Source: Bdellovibrionota bacterium
GTDB taxonomy: Bacteria > Bdellovibrionota > UBA2428
Length of the DNA: 64,000 nucleotides
Direction of reading: 5' to 3'
NCBI GenBank assembly: GCA_044347615.1
Contig: JBIKUK010000003.1
Span: forward strand, 139,895-203,894
In this document: piece after piece, positions 29,807 to 39,391 of the stretch
How positions within the stretch are numbered: the stretch's first letter is position 1
Layout: the number at the start of each line of letters is the position of its first letter
Made by a program: the position numbers and the translations under genes
The notes under the pieces: model-generated
What the model saw: the letters and a program-made list of their open reading frames with translations, nothing else
Told to the model about the DNA's origin: nothing
Databases searched by the model: none

Positions 29807-31651
29807 TTAAAGCTCAGACCAGTAAGATTGCTGCAAACGAGCCTGAATTTCGAAAAACTCTAAGCCGCTAAGATAGGGAATTTTTTGATGAAAGCCATAA
29901 AGCCGAGCATTTGATTTTGGAGAATAGGAAAGATCCAAAACCTTTTGAATGTTTGTAAAGGGGGGTAAAGGAGCTTCATCTCCAGCGGCCCATAAAAGAA
30001 ATGGACGCTCTAAACTTTGCCCTTTTTTCTTTAAACATACATTTTGCGAAGCCGAAAAAAGCTGCACATTCTCAAGCAAATCAAAAGCTTGCTCAGCTAT
30101 AGCGCCAGAGCCCCATATGATCCACGAGGTCTCTTGACTTGAATGATTGCTTGAAAAATCGGCAATTATTTTTTTTAGAGCAGCTATATCCGTATTTGCT
30201 CTTTTCCAGACCGTTTTTTGTGAATCTGTCTGGATTTTAAAAAGCGTATTATGAACCTCGCTTGAGTTCGCATCTAAAGGAATTGAATTTTTGAGCAAAA
30301 CCTCATGTTTTTTAAGCGGACTTGTCACCGCAAAAGCACACGCACCAAGGTCATCTAAAAAAGAAAAAGTTTTTTCAATCAACTCTTCTTTTGAAAGAGG
30401 AATCGCATAAAAATTCATGTGCTTTTTTTTAAAAAACTCATCATGAAAGGTTGGCGAATAAGAATGGAGAACAGGGTCGCCCAAAATCGCAGCAAAGCGT
30501 GTAGACTCGCTTGTAGAATCAACCTGACAAGACCACTGGCAAAGTGTGGGTTGATCCGCCAAGCCCTCTCGACCCTCTCGTAAAAAATTAAGCTTTTGCT
30601 TGCCCTTCATAAAAAGACGAAACCATTGCCACTTGGGAAAGCTTACAAAAGCATTTGGATTCTTTGTTGAAGGACTTCGAGGAAAAATATTTTTTCTCGA
30701 AGGATTTTCTAGCCACCACTTATAAAGAATCTCTAACTCTTCGAAAGAAGAAATCTCTGGAGCTGCCTTCAATTGAATATCTGAATTTTGTTCTATAAAA
30801 GCCTCTAAGCTCTGAAGATCTTTTGCTAAAGACTCCCTTAAATAATGAAGCGAAAAATAAGAAACATTAAGACCTGAAGGAGGCAACCCCAAGTGAATAT
30901 CCCAATCAGATAAAACATTAGGCAAAGAAAAAATTTCAGAATTAACCTTTTCAACTTTTCTAAAACTTAAAAGAAAACGCACCTTGGAAAACTTCAAAAC
31001 AAGCTTTTTTATTTCTTCAAAATTTTTTTCAAAACTCCAAAGATCATTGCGTAATTCAAAAACTAAATTCCACGCTTTCTTTGCGTCGATAACTTGCTCC
31101 AAATCCCGATGAGATTCCGGAAACAAAGTCAAAACACTTTCATTTTCAAATTTTAATTCATTAAAAATCCACCGTACTGGAACTTGTGCCGACAAAAGAT
31201 CCTCTCCTTCACGCAAAGTCCATACGCAATCAGCTTTTGATCGATAACGGAGCTCCCGTTCTTGAAAATTTTTTGCAAAATTTACTGGATCAGAAGTTCC
31301 CACCAAAGGACGATCTAGGAAATATCTTGGAAATTGATCTGAATCTCGCTGAAGCCACAGCGACTTAAAATTTTCTGGCCAAAAACTCGCACAATAACCT
31401 GCCCCCACAACAATCATTGCCGAAGCCTCGTTCTTTAACTCATTATTTAATTCCCTAAGAATCTTTTCTTCTAAAGCTCTAAAGCCTGCTTCTCCTTCTT
31501 GCTGGAAGATATCCGTAATTTTCTTATGGCTTCGCTTTTCGATTTCAGCATCTAAATCAAAAGTTTTTGAAAAAAGATGGCCATAGCGCTTCAAAAAAGA
31601 AGTCTTTCCTACACCACGATGCCCAATAATGAGCCATTTCTCATTGACCAC
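29807..31651 (-). CDS. multidomain shikimate-pathway fusion: shikimate kinase (N) - ~200-aa middle region (possibly degenerate type I dehydroquinase) - shikimate dehydrogenase (C)
   Basis: N-terminus IIGHRGVGKTSF...ITDIFQQEGEAGFRALEEK is AroK-like. C-terminal part from AAILGDPVLHSYSPTFHDE carries the AroE GxxGxPIxHSxSPxxHN signature. Middle region not confidently assigned. Confidence 0.7.
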   Translation of the reverse strand: MVNEKWLIIGHRGVGKTSFLKRYGHLFSKTFDLDAEIEKRSHKKITDIFQQEGEAGFRALEEKILRELNNELKNEASAMIVVGAGYCASFWPENFKSLWLQRDSDQFPRYFLDRPLVGTSDPVNFAKNFQERELRYRSKADCVWTLREGEDLLSAQVPVRWIFNELKFENESVLTLFPESHRDLEQVIDAKKAWNLVFELRNDLWSFEKNFEEIKKLVLKFSKVRFLLSFRKVEKVNSEIFSLPNVLSDWDIHLGLPPSGLNVSYFSLHYLRESLAKDLQSLEAFIEQNSDIQLKAAPEISSFEELEILYKWWLENPSRKNIFPRSPSTKNPNAFVSFPKWQWFRLFMKGKQKLNFLREGREGLADQPTLCQWSCQVDSTSESTRFAAILGDPVLHSYSPTFHDEFFKKKHMNFYAIPLSKEELIEKTFSFLDDLGACAFAVTSPLKKHEVLLKNSIPLDANSSEVHNTLFKIQTDSQKTVWKRANTDIAALKKIIADFSSNHSSQETSWIIWGSGAIAEQAFDLLENVQLFSASQNVCLKKKGQSLERPFLLWAAGDEAPLPPFTNIQKVLDLSYSPKSNARLYGFHQKIPYLSGLEFFEIQARLQQSYWSEL

Positions 31652-31664
31652 ATGGCAAGATTAA

Positions 31665-32645
31665 TTGAAAATACTTTCAATGGCTTCAAAAAAGAAACCC
31701 ACCAAAACTCCCTCAAAGAAAAAAAGCCCGTCAAAAAACGCAAAAACAACGACATCCCACCCTAGCCCTAGCAAGTTTAGCGAAAAAGTGGATCGCTGGG
31801 TAAGATCACGAGTTCGAGAAGAAGTCATTCAAAGCAAACTTTCACTCATGGGCACCACTGTTTACGGCAATGAAAGCAAACGAAAAATCGCGATCGATAT
31901 GCTCGAACGTTATACCGGACACAAGCTCGAAGACTTTGCGAAACAAATCATTCTTACAAATTTTCCCTATTATATTGAACGCTTTAAAGCTCTCCTACCG
32001 GATGCAACCCTCACAACAGGAAGTGCTTTTACGGTGGCCACTTCCAAAAGTGCCAACGTCAGCATCATCGAGTTTGGCGTAGGATCAGCAGTCGCCGCTC
32101 TTGTGGGCGAATTAATTAGCGTAGTCGACCCCTCCGCTGTTCTTTTCCTAGGACTTTGCGGAGCCGTTCACAACTCTCTCGAAGTTGGAGATTTCATACT
32201 TCCCATCGCAGCCGTACGCGGAGAAGGCGTTTCAATTCACTTTTTGCCCAAAGAAGTTCCCGCACTTCCTACTTTCAAAGTACAAAAATTCGTAAGCCAG
32301 ATCCTTGTCGAAGCCGGACACGATTATCGAACTGGTACTGTTCATACAACTGACTTTAGATTTTGGGAATTCGACAAAGGGTTTATTCAAACACTTATCT
32401 CAGAGCGAGTTTTAGCTGTTGAAATGGAAACAGCATCTCTTTTCACAAGTTGCTTTGCGAGCAAGGTCAACATCGGCGCTCTTCTTCTTGTGAGTGACTG
32501 CCCCATGAGAGAAGGCGGAATTAAGACTAAAGAATCTGCCAGAGAGGTCTTTAGAAAATTCACGGATATTCACATTGAACTAGGAATCAAAGCAATGACT
32601 AACATCGCCACTCGCGGTGAGCACATTCGCCATTATCAATGGTAA
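31665..32645 (+). CDS. PNP/UDP-family nucleoside phosphorylase/nucleosidase-like protein with lysine-rich N-terminal tail
   Basis: IIEFGVGSAVAALVGELIS and LGLCGAV..GDFILP resemble the phosphorylase-I fold (MTA/AMP nucleosidase family). N-terminal ~40 aa K/S/P-rich tail. Confidence 0.5.
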   Translation: MKILSMASKKKPTKTPSKKKSPSKNAKTTTSHPSPSKFSEKVDRWVRSRVREEVIQSKLSLMGTTVYGNESKRKIAIDMLERYTGHKLEDFAKQIILTNFPYYIERFKALLPDATLTTGSAFTVATSKSANVSIIEFGVGSAVAALVGELISVVDPSAVLFLGLCGAVHNSLEVGDFILPIAAVRGEGVSIHFLPKEVPALPTFKVQKFVSQILVEAGHDYRTGTVHTTDFRFWEFDKGFIQTLISERVLAVEMETASLFTSCFASKVNIGALLLVSDCPMREGGIKTKESAREVFRKFTDIHIELGIKAMTNIATRGEHIRHYQW

Positions 32646-32648
32646 AAA

Positions 32649-33401
32649 TTATTGAAAATATCGATTGAGAATATTTCTACAGGATCGGATGTAATCTCTA
32701 AGCTTTGGTTTAGGATCTGGTTTTTTGTAGAGGGAAAGAGCTAAAATTTCTTGAGCAACTCCAGGAAACACATATTCCTCTAAACGCTGAAGATCCCCTC
32801 GCCCAGCAGCCTCGCGAATATCCTTGGAGTGAATATCATGATCTGTGGGAGAAAAAACTCTTTCTAAATCTTTTCCTCCAAGCTTTTTTGGAATTTCTTT
32901 TTCATCGATTTCATCAGGTGTGAGCAACAACCATTTCTCAACTTTTTGAGTGTATGCCCCAAGCACCGCCCATTTGTTTTCAAGCGAATCTTTTCCGAGC
33001 ACGCCCAACCAATTTAGATTTTGAAATTTTTCATTCAAATAATTTCGAACTTTTTTGCTTATGGGAAAACCAAGGTCGGTACTATGCGGGATCAACACCC
33101 GAGGATGATTTTGATAGGCGGCCATCAACAGCTTAAGTCGAATCTCAGAAGAAAGGGCAAAAGGTTTATGAGGAGTGACATCGTTAGGGATAATCAAAAC
33201 GTAATCGGCCTCGCCTGATTCCAAAATTCTTTCAACATGTTCGTGGTGACGCAAATGAGGCGGACTAAAGGTTCCGTTAAAAACAGCAATCTTAGATCCC
33301 TCATCGAGTTTTACCTTGTCTGTAGGAATCGCAAAAGAAATTGCGGGAGCTATTAACAAAAAGCATTTATTGAATAATTTTAAAAAACCCAAACCTCGCA
33401 C
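32649..33401 (-). CDS. NadD-family nucleotidyltransferase paralog with N-terminal signal peptide / membrane anchor
   Basis: IAVFNGTFSPPHLRHHEHVERI...YVLIIPNDVTPHKP...WLGVLGKDSL is co-linear with E. coli NadD (LFGGTFDPVHYGH...VTIIPNNVPPHRP...IIGQDSL). Preceded by hydrophobic FLKLFNKCFLLIAPAISFA. No alternative downstream start codon seen. Confidence 0.55.
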   Translation of the reverse strand: MRGLGFLKLFNKCFLLIAPAISFAIPTDKVKLDEGSKIAVFNGTFSPPHLRHHEHVERILESGEADYVLIIPNDVTPHKPFALSSEIRLKLLMAAYQNHPRVLIPHSTDLGFPISKKVRNYLNEKFQNLNWLGVLGKDSLENKWAVLGAYTQKVEKWLLLTPDEIDEKEIPKKLGGKDLERVFSPTDHDIHSKDIREAAGRGDLQRLEEYVFPGVAQEILALSLYKKPDPKPKLRDYIRSCRNILNRYFQ

Positions 33402-33543
33402 GCCGCGTTAATTTAGCAGCAAAGTTCTTTTTTGTATCGAGCTTTTTATAGCTCCAAAATGCTGAGTATTTTCAATGTTTTAATGAACGCCATCCGTAAA
33501 CCTCCAGCTGGAAAGCCACTCACTCTTCGACTAACCTCTTTGC

Positions 33544-34455
33544 ATGACTTGGCTCATTCGCGACCACAAGAACAATACAACAGCTTCTCAATTTAAAAAA
33601 AATCTGAACTCCGGAAAGCTTCAGCGCTTTGTGGGAGCTTGGTCGCCTTACATTGCTCTCATGGTTCATAAGTTAAATTTTGAAGGTGTTTATATATCAG
33701 GAGCAGGAGTTTCCAATGACTTAGGATTTCCAGATATCGGTCTCACTACGTTGAGCGAAGTCGTGGCTCGTGGGCATGCGATAGCTCGTATAACTCCCCT
33801 CCCCACCATGATCGACATCGACACAGGCTTTGGTGAAACCATGAATGCGGCTCGCACAATTCGTGAACTTGAAGATGCTGGCATCACAAGCTGCCACATG
33901 GAAGATCAAATCAATCCCAAGCGCTGTGGGCACTTAGAAAACAAAGGTCTCGTGGACACCCAATCCATGGTGCTCAAAATTCAAGCGGCTGCCAAAAGCC
34001 GCCGCAATAGCGACTTTGTGATTTGCGCTCGAACAGATGCACGCGGAGTCGAGGGACTCGACAAGGCCATCGCAAGAGCCAAGGCTTACGTCGATGCAGG
34101 AGCCGATATGATTTTCCCCGAAGCTCTCCAAGACGAAAAAGAATTCGAAATTTTTCGCAAAGAAATAAAAGTTCCCCTTCTTGCCAACATGACGGAGTTT
34201 GGAAAATCCAAACTTCTTTCTGTCTCTACACTTGAGCGCTTGGGTTACAACATGGTGATTTACCCTATGACAACCTTCCGCTTGGCAATGAAAGCGATCG
34301 AAGATGGCCTCAAAGAAATTTCTGCTAAAGGAACGCAAGAAGGCCTTCTTGATAAAATGCAAACTCGAAGCCGCCTCTACGAAGTTCTTGAATATGAAAA
34401 GTACAATGACTTCGACCAAGGCCTCTTTAACTTTAAGCTGAACAAAGACCAATAA
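33544..34455 (+). CDS. prpB: 2-methylisocitrate lyase (ICL/PEPM family)
   Basis: TMIDIDTGFG and KRCGHLENK (PrpB/ICL K-x-C-G-H motif). Confidence 0.8.
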   Translation: MTWLIRDHKNNTTASQFKKNLNSGKLQRFVGAWSPYIALMVHKLNFEGVYISGAGVSNDLGFPDIGLTTLSEVVARGHAIARITPLPTMIDIDTGFGETMNAARTIRELEDAGITSCHMEDQINPKRCGHLENKGLVDTQSMVLKIQAAAKSRRNSDFVICARTDARGVEGLDKAIARAKAYVDAGADMIFPEALQDEKEFEIFRKEIKVPLLANMTEFGKSKLLSVSTLERLGYNMVIYPMTTFRLAMKAIEDGLKEISAKGTQEGLLDKMQTRSRLYEVLEYEKYNDFDQGLFNFKLNKDQ

Positions 34456-34546
34456 TACAAAATCAATAACTGATCGCGCTGAAAGATCATTGAAAGATAC
34501 CTGAAGCGACCTAGACCTATGCCATTTTTCGGATAAGCTTTTATCT

Positions 34547-35680
34547 ATGACAAATGTCGTTGAAGTAAAAAAAGGTCTCGATGGTGTAGTGGTAGATGAT
34601 ACAGCGATCAGCAAAGTCATGCCCGACATCAATGCTCTTGTTTATTACGGATATCCCGTTCAAGATCTTGCCGATCAATGCTCATTTGAAGAAGTCGCTT
34701 ACCTTTTGTGGCACGGTGAGCTCCCGAATAAAGCTCAGCTCGATCAATTTTCAAAAGAAGAACGTAGCCGAAGAAACATTTCTCCTGCTCTTCAAAAAGT
34801 CATTGAGCTTTTCCCCAAACACTCTCACCCCATGGACACTGTTCGCACAGGAGCAAGCTTCCTAGGCTGCGAAGACGAGCGCATTTGGGACAACAGCCCC
34901 GCGACTAACTACGACAAATCCGTAAGTCTTCTTGCAAAAATCCCCACTGTAATCGCCTATGATTATCGCCTCAAAAAAGGCCTCAAAATCATCGAGCCTC
35001 GCAGCGATTTATCTATCTCTGAAAATTTTTTCCATATGTGTTTTGGCGAAGTTCCTCACAAAGATATCGTCAAAGCCTTCGATGCTTCACTCACTCTCTA
35101 CGCTGAACACAGCTTCAACGCGTCTACCTTTGCGGCACGTGTGATCACTTCTACAACAAGCGATCTTCACAGTGCGGTGACAGGTGCGATTGGCGCCTTG
35201 AAGGGCCCCCTCCATGGTGGAGCCAACGAGCAAGTCATGTACATGCTCAAAGAAGTGGATGACCCTGCAAAGGCTGAGCAGTGGATGCTCGATGCCCTTG
35301 CTCAAAAGAAAAAAGTTATGGGCTTTGGTCACAGAGTTTATAAACGAGGTGATTCACGCGCACCCACAATGAACAAATACGGGCTTCAAGTGGCAAAAAT
35401 CAAAGGTGAAATGAAGTGGCACCAAATTTCTGAAAAACTTGAAAAAGTAATGATCGAAAAGAAAAATATCTATCCAAATTTGGATTTTCCTGCAGGACCT
35501 GCGTATTACCTCATGGGCTTTGACATCGATATGTTCACACCTATCTTTGTCATGAGCCGCATCACTGGGTGGACTGCTCACATTATTGAGCAAACAGCGA
35601 GCAATCGATTGATTCGCCCTTTGAGCAATTACACAGGACGAGCTGAGCGCAAAGTTATTTCTTTGAATCAGCGGGCGTAA
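34547..35680 (+). CDS. prpC: 2-methylcitrate synthase / citrate synthase family
   Basis: GFGHRVYK citrate-synthase signature. AEHSFNASTF. Located after prpB. Confidence 0.85.
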   Translation: MTNVVEVKKGLDGVVVDDTAISKVMPDINALVYYGYPVQDLADQCSFEEVAYLLWHGELPNKAQLDQFSKEERSRRNISPALQKVIELFPKHSHPMDTVRTGASFLGCEDERIWDNSPATNYDKSVSLLAKIPTVIAYDYRLKKGLKIIEPRSDLSISENFFHMCFGEVPHKDIVKAFDASLTLYAEHSFNASTFAARVITSTTSDLHSAVTGAIGALKGPLHGGANEQVMYMLKEVDDPAKAEQWMLDALAQKKKVMGFGHRVYKRGDSRAPTMNKYGLQVAKIKGEMKWHQISEKLEKVMIEKKNIYPNLDFPAGPAYYLMGFDIDMFTPIFVMSRITGWTAHIIEQTASNRLIRPLSNYTGRAERKVISLNQRA

Positions 35681-35712
35681 GCGTATACAAGGTTCTTCTA
35701 GAAGAGGAATCC

Positions 35713-36891
35713 TTGAGCTTAACAACTGATCATTCAATTAAAGATCTAACGGCGCATTTTAAAATTTCGATTTTCTCCTCGCAGCATTTCGATTTTTTTA
35801 AAAGTCCTTCTTTTTTAGGTTCTGAATACATTCTTGCTGTTGCCTATGAGGACGTGCCTAAAAATGCTTCGCGTACTCCTCGCTCTTACTTAAATATTTT
35901 TGAAATAAAACCCAATGAGAGAAAAAATGCTCAAGAACTTTCTTCAGAAATTTTAACAAAGCTTTGTGATGAGCTTTTAGAAAAAATGCCTCGTGAGATC
36001 ACCATAACAGCGCTTTTTGACTGTCGCTCAATCTCTAGAAATTCTCTCTCTTACTGGAAATGGCAAGACAGAAAAGCTTTGCTCTTAACAGGAAAATATC
36101 CGCCCCTTATCGAACGCTCTCAAGAATGTGCGCAAAATTTTTTACTTCTCAAACAAAAAGAACGAAGCTTTCTGGCTCCTGATATCAACTGGCAAGAAGT
36201 CGATCCCTCAAAACACACCTCATGCCTTGAGCGTAAAGCTCTTAGAAATTTCTACGACCTCACACATCCCGAACTTGAATCAATCGTCAAAGAAATCGAT
36301 CGTAAGAAAAAAATTCTTGTTCATGTATGCTGTGGGCCCGATGCTGCGGGCGTCATTGAACAACTCCAAGAAGAATTTGAAGTTCTTTGTTTTTGGTATG
36401 ACCCTAACATTCAACCCAAAGAAGAATACGATCTTAGACTTCAAGCTTTTGAAAAAGTTGCAGAATTAAAAAACACAAAAGCCATCATCGGCGAGTACGA
36501 CGTTGAAAACTTTTTTGAAAACATCAAAGGATTAGAACATACGCCTGAACAAGGCGCTAAATGCTCTGTTTGCTACGATATGCGCCTTGAACGATCTGCT
36601 CTCGAAGCGAAAAAACAAAACTGTGATTTATTCACCACCACTCTCGCTATTTCTCCTCACAAGGTTCAGCAAAAACTAAAAGCTTTTGGAGAAGTTGCCG
36701 CAAAAAGGCACGGCGTTCCCTACCTTGCGCGCAACTTTATGAAGCACGAAGGATTCAAAGAAAGCGTGAAGTTCACCATCGAAAACGATATCTACAGACA
36801 AGATTACTGTGGATGCCTCTACTCACTCCACGAAGGCGGCCCCAAAGCTCGCCAAATGGCTGATCAATTAGAATTTGAGAAAAAAATTTAA
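35713..36891 (+). CDS. queH: epoxyqueuosine reductase QueH (DUF208) with ~190-aa N-terminal extension of unknown function
   Basis: C-terminal 200 aa: KKILVHVCCGPDAAGV, CSVCYDMRLE, YRQDYCGC match the QueH cysteine motifs. N-terminal half has no recognisable motif; a true start further downstream is possible. Confidence 0.65.
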   Translation: MSLTTDHSIKDLTAHFKISIFSSQHFDFFKSPSFLGSEYILAVAYEDVPKNASRTPRSYLNIFEIKPNERKNAQELSSEILTKLCDELLEKMPREITITALFDCRSISRNSLSYWKWQDRKALLLTGKYPPLIERSQECAQNFLLLKQKERSFLAPDINWQEVDPSKHTSCLERKALRNFYDLTHPELESIVKEIDRKKKILVHVCCGPDAAGVIEQLQEEFEVLCFWYDPNIQPKEEYDLRLQAFEKVAELKNTKAIIGEYDVENFFENIKGLEHTPEQGAKCSVCYDMRLERSALEAKKQNCDLFTTTLAISPHKVQQKLKAFGEVAAKRHGVPYLARNFMKHEGFKESVKFTIENDIYRQDYCGCLYSLHEGGPKARQMADQLEFEKKI

Positions 36892-36893
36892 GA

Positions 36894-38240
36894 TTATTTT
36901 TTTAGCCTAGTAAAAAAACTAAAAACCTTACCTATACCAACAACTGGTTTCATCAAAATATAAAATATTTTATATGAATTTATCTTCTTTGCTAACCAAA
37001 ATGCTCTATGACTGAGCCATCGCATACTTAGGCGGTGAATATGCTTTAGGCAAAATCCTAAAGACAAATTATCTAAACTGGCTTTTATTCGTTTTTCAGG
37101 GCGCCAGAATCCAAGAAAATCGCAAAACCATAATCTGAACGACAATCCCAAAGACCTATGTTCGAGAGATGCTCTCTGAGAAGCCACAACTCTTTCAGCT
37201 GTCTCAGAAGTTAAATGAATCAATCCTTTCTCAAATGCGCTTGAAACGAGCTGATCCAATTCGCGATTTCTTAAAATAAGAATGTTTGTACCCTTGTCAT
37301 CTGAAGTATAAGGATCCAACCAAGCGTCACCTATAACCATATCAGCTGTTTCACCAAAAATATCATCACAATAATCACAAGCTTTGAGCTTCATTAAGCC
37401 AGCACCCCAATCCGTACCGAACAACTTTGAATTATTTTTTCGGTATTCAACCCCATCAAGTGCTACTTTTGTTTGATAAAATGAGGATCTACCTGATCTT
37501 ATTTTATGTCTGAAATCAATTGAAAATTTTTTGCTAAATGAGCCGTTTAACTGTAAAGCTAGCAACCTTGCATATTCAGTACTTTTCAAGTGTCCACAGA
37601 ATAAAGCAATACAAAATTTTATTCTTTTTTTAAATATTGGATCTTGTTCCATCAGCAAGCGAACAGCCTTTATAAAACATGGAACTCCAACAATTACACA
37701 TGCTCCCTCTTTAGCCTTAACCTCTTTTAGACAGTCCGCCAAAGTCACTGGGTAATATCTTGACTTAGATCCATTCAATATCTCCTCTGAAGTAGATGAA
37801 ATATTATAATTAAAAATTACATCATCTGATTCAGCAGATCCAACGTGAATCACATGGTCAACCAATTTATTTTTTTTTTATTGATCTAGAATCCAAGTAC
37901 CAAAACCTCCAGAACTACCAGACAATCGATAGTTACCTTCGGCCACATAACCCGCATAAATAGAATTATATTTTCCCAAATTTTTGCTTTCGTTATCGCA
38001 ACCTGAATATAACTTACTGTTTAAATAATTTTCATTAGTAAAGCTATTTGAAAAAGGACAAATATTTAAATAGTTTGTTTGTGTTCCTTGAAAAGAAGAA
38101 ACCTGAAAAGGGAAATACTGGCCAAAAGTATTAAGATGCATTTCAAAAGGTGAATCATCTGGGACACAACAAACGCCACACCCTACGCAATATCCGTTAT
38201 CAATAACATTTTTTTTTAGTACATCAGCTGCTTTAACCAT
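36894..38240 (-). pseudogene. coenzyme F420 hydrogenase/dehydrogenase beta-subunit-like protein interrupted by in-frame TAA (two ORFs 37878..38240 and 36894..37865 in the same frame)
   Basis: Upstream ORF carries ferredoxin-like CVGCGVCCVPDD. Downstream ORF has an FrhB-C-like region (FCGHLKS). They are separated only by ...CAA TAA AAA AAA AAT AAA TTG..., an in-frame ochre stop inside an A10 tract. Downstream part would need a TTG start. Confidence 0.5.
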
Positions 38241-38264
38241 TTACCACTATACTAACTTAATAAT

Positions 38265-39377
38265 ATGAAAATAGGACAAGTTACACTTATTTACACAACC
38301 GTCAATTACGGGCAGACATTACAAGCATATGCCCTTCAAAAAGTTTTAATATCAAGAGGTCACCAACCCTTTTTAATTAATCACGGAATAAACATAAACA
38401 ATTCATTAAGAAGTTTTATAAAATATAAAATCTATGCTTTGTTCAATTTTCTAAACATTTCAAGGTTTCCATTTAAAGTTTTAAATGAAATCAACAGAGC
38501 TGCCCATTTTATTAGGTTTAAAAGAAAATATTTACAAATAGGACCATACATAAGCGACATATCAAAAACACCTCCTGATGCCGATTGTTTTGTTGTCGGA
38601 AGCGATCAAGTTTGGAATCACTCTTTTGCAAAAAACCTCGAGGCCGATCTAAGTTTTTACTTTTTAAATTTTGCAGCAAAAAAAAAAATATCGACTTATT
38701 CCTATGCAGCTAGTTTTGGCTTTGAAGAACTAGACCCATCACTCATAAAAATGTACAAAGTTTTAGTAAAAAATTTGTCTAAAGTGAGTGTGAGAGAGAA
38801 CTCCGGAGTAAAAATATGTGCAGACCTTGGGCTTGAAAATGTCACAGTCGTCCCAGACCCAACTCTTTTACTCTTAAAGGAAGAATGGCAGAATCTAATA
38901 GAAAACAACCCCTCTAAGAATGTGAAAAGAAAAGTTTTTATCTATGCATTGGGAATAGATTTTGAAATCTTTCTTCAGGATATTATCAAATTAAAATCAT
39001 CTATGTTTGAAATTATTAACGTTTTCCCCAACCATAGATTAGAAACCCACCCACTTTCAATTAATCAATGGTTGCAAGAAATTTCTGAAGCGAGTTTTGT
39101 CGTTACAAACTCTTTTCACGGAACCGTTTTTAGCATTATTTTCGAAAAACCTTTCATCTGTGTTTTGCGATTAGGAAAAGCCTCTAAAATGAACGACAGG
39201 GTCATTTCTTTGCTTAATAAGCTAGGTTTAGAAAATCAAATCGCCAAAGATCCGAGCGAATTTAAAGAAAAACTTGAAACAATTAACAACTCTTCTATTG
39301 ATTGGGATTTAGTCAAAAAAAGATTAGATGAATTCAAAAAAACTGGCTTTGATTTTCTAGAATCTATAGGCCTCTGA
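38265..39377 (+). CDS. polysaccharide pyruvyl transferase (CsaB/WcaK family)
   Basis: VVGSDQVWN motif and overall PS_pyruv_trans layout. Divergent from the F420H2-DH-like gene, a commonly conserved pairing. Confidence 0.75.
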   Translation: MKIGQVTLIYTTVNYGQTLQAYALQKVLISRGHQPFLINHGININNSLRSFIKYKIYALFNFLNISRFPFKVLNEINRAAHFIRFKRKYLQIGPYISDISKTPPDADCFVVGSDQVWNHSFAKNLEADLSFYFLNFAAKKKISTYSYAASFGFEELDPSLIKMYKVLVKNLSKVSVRENSGVKICADLGLENVTVVPDPTLLLLKEEWQNLIENNPSKNVKRKVFIYALGIDFEIFLQDIIKLKSSMFEIINVFPNHRLETHPLSINQWLQEISEASFVVTNSFHGTVFSIIFEKPFICVLRLGKASKMNDRVISLLNKLGLENQIAKDPSEFKEKLETINNSSIDWDLVKKRLDEFKKTGFDFLESIGL

Positions 39378-39391
39378 GGATAATCATCCGA

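Noticed and set aside
33934-34632. 232-aa minus-strand ORF spanning prpB/prpC junction (and similar antisense ORFs inside queA, E2, lpd, metH, and the RACo-like gene)
   Set aside because: Fully antisense to confidently identified genes; products low-complexity.
37861-37885. Apparent frameshift between ORFs 37878..38240 and 36894..37865 at the A10/T10 tract
   Set aside because: Codon bookkeeping shows both ORFs are in the same frame, separated by an in-frame TAA. This is therefore a nonsense interruption or base-call error, not a frameshift; reported as such.
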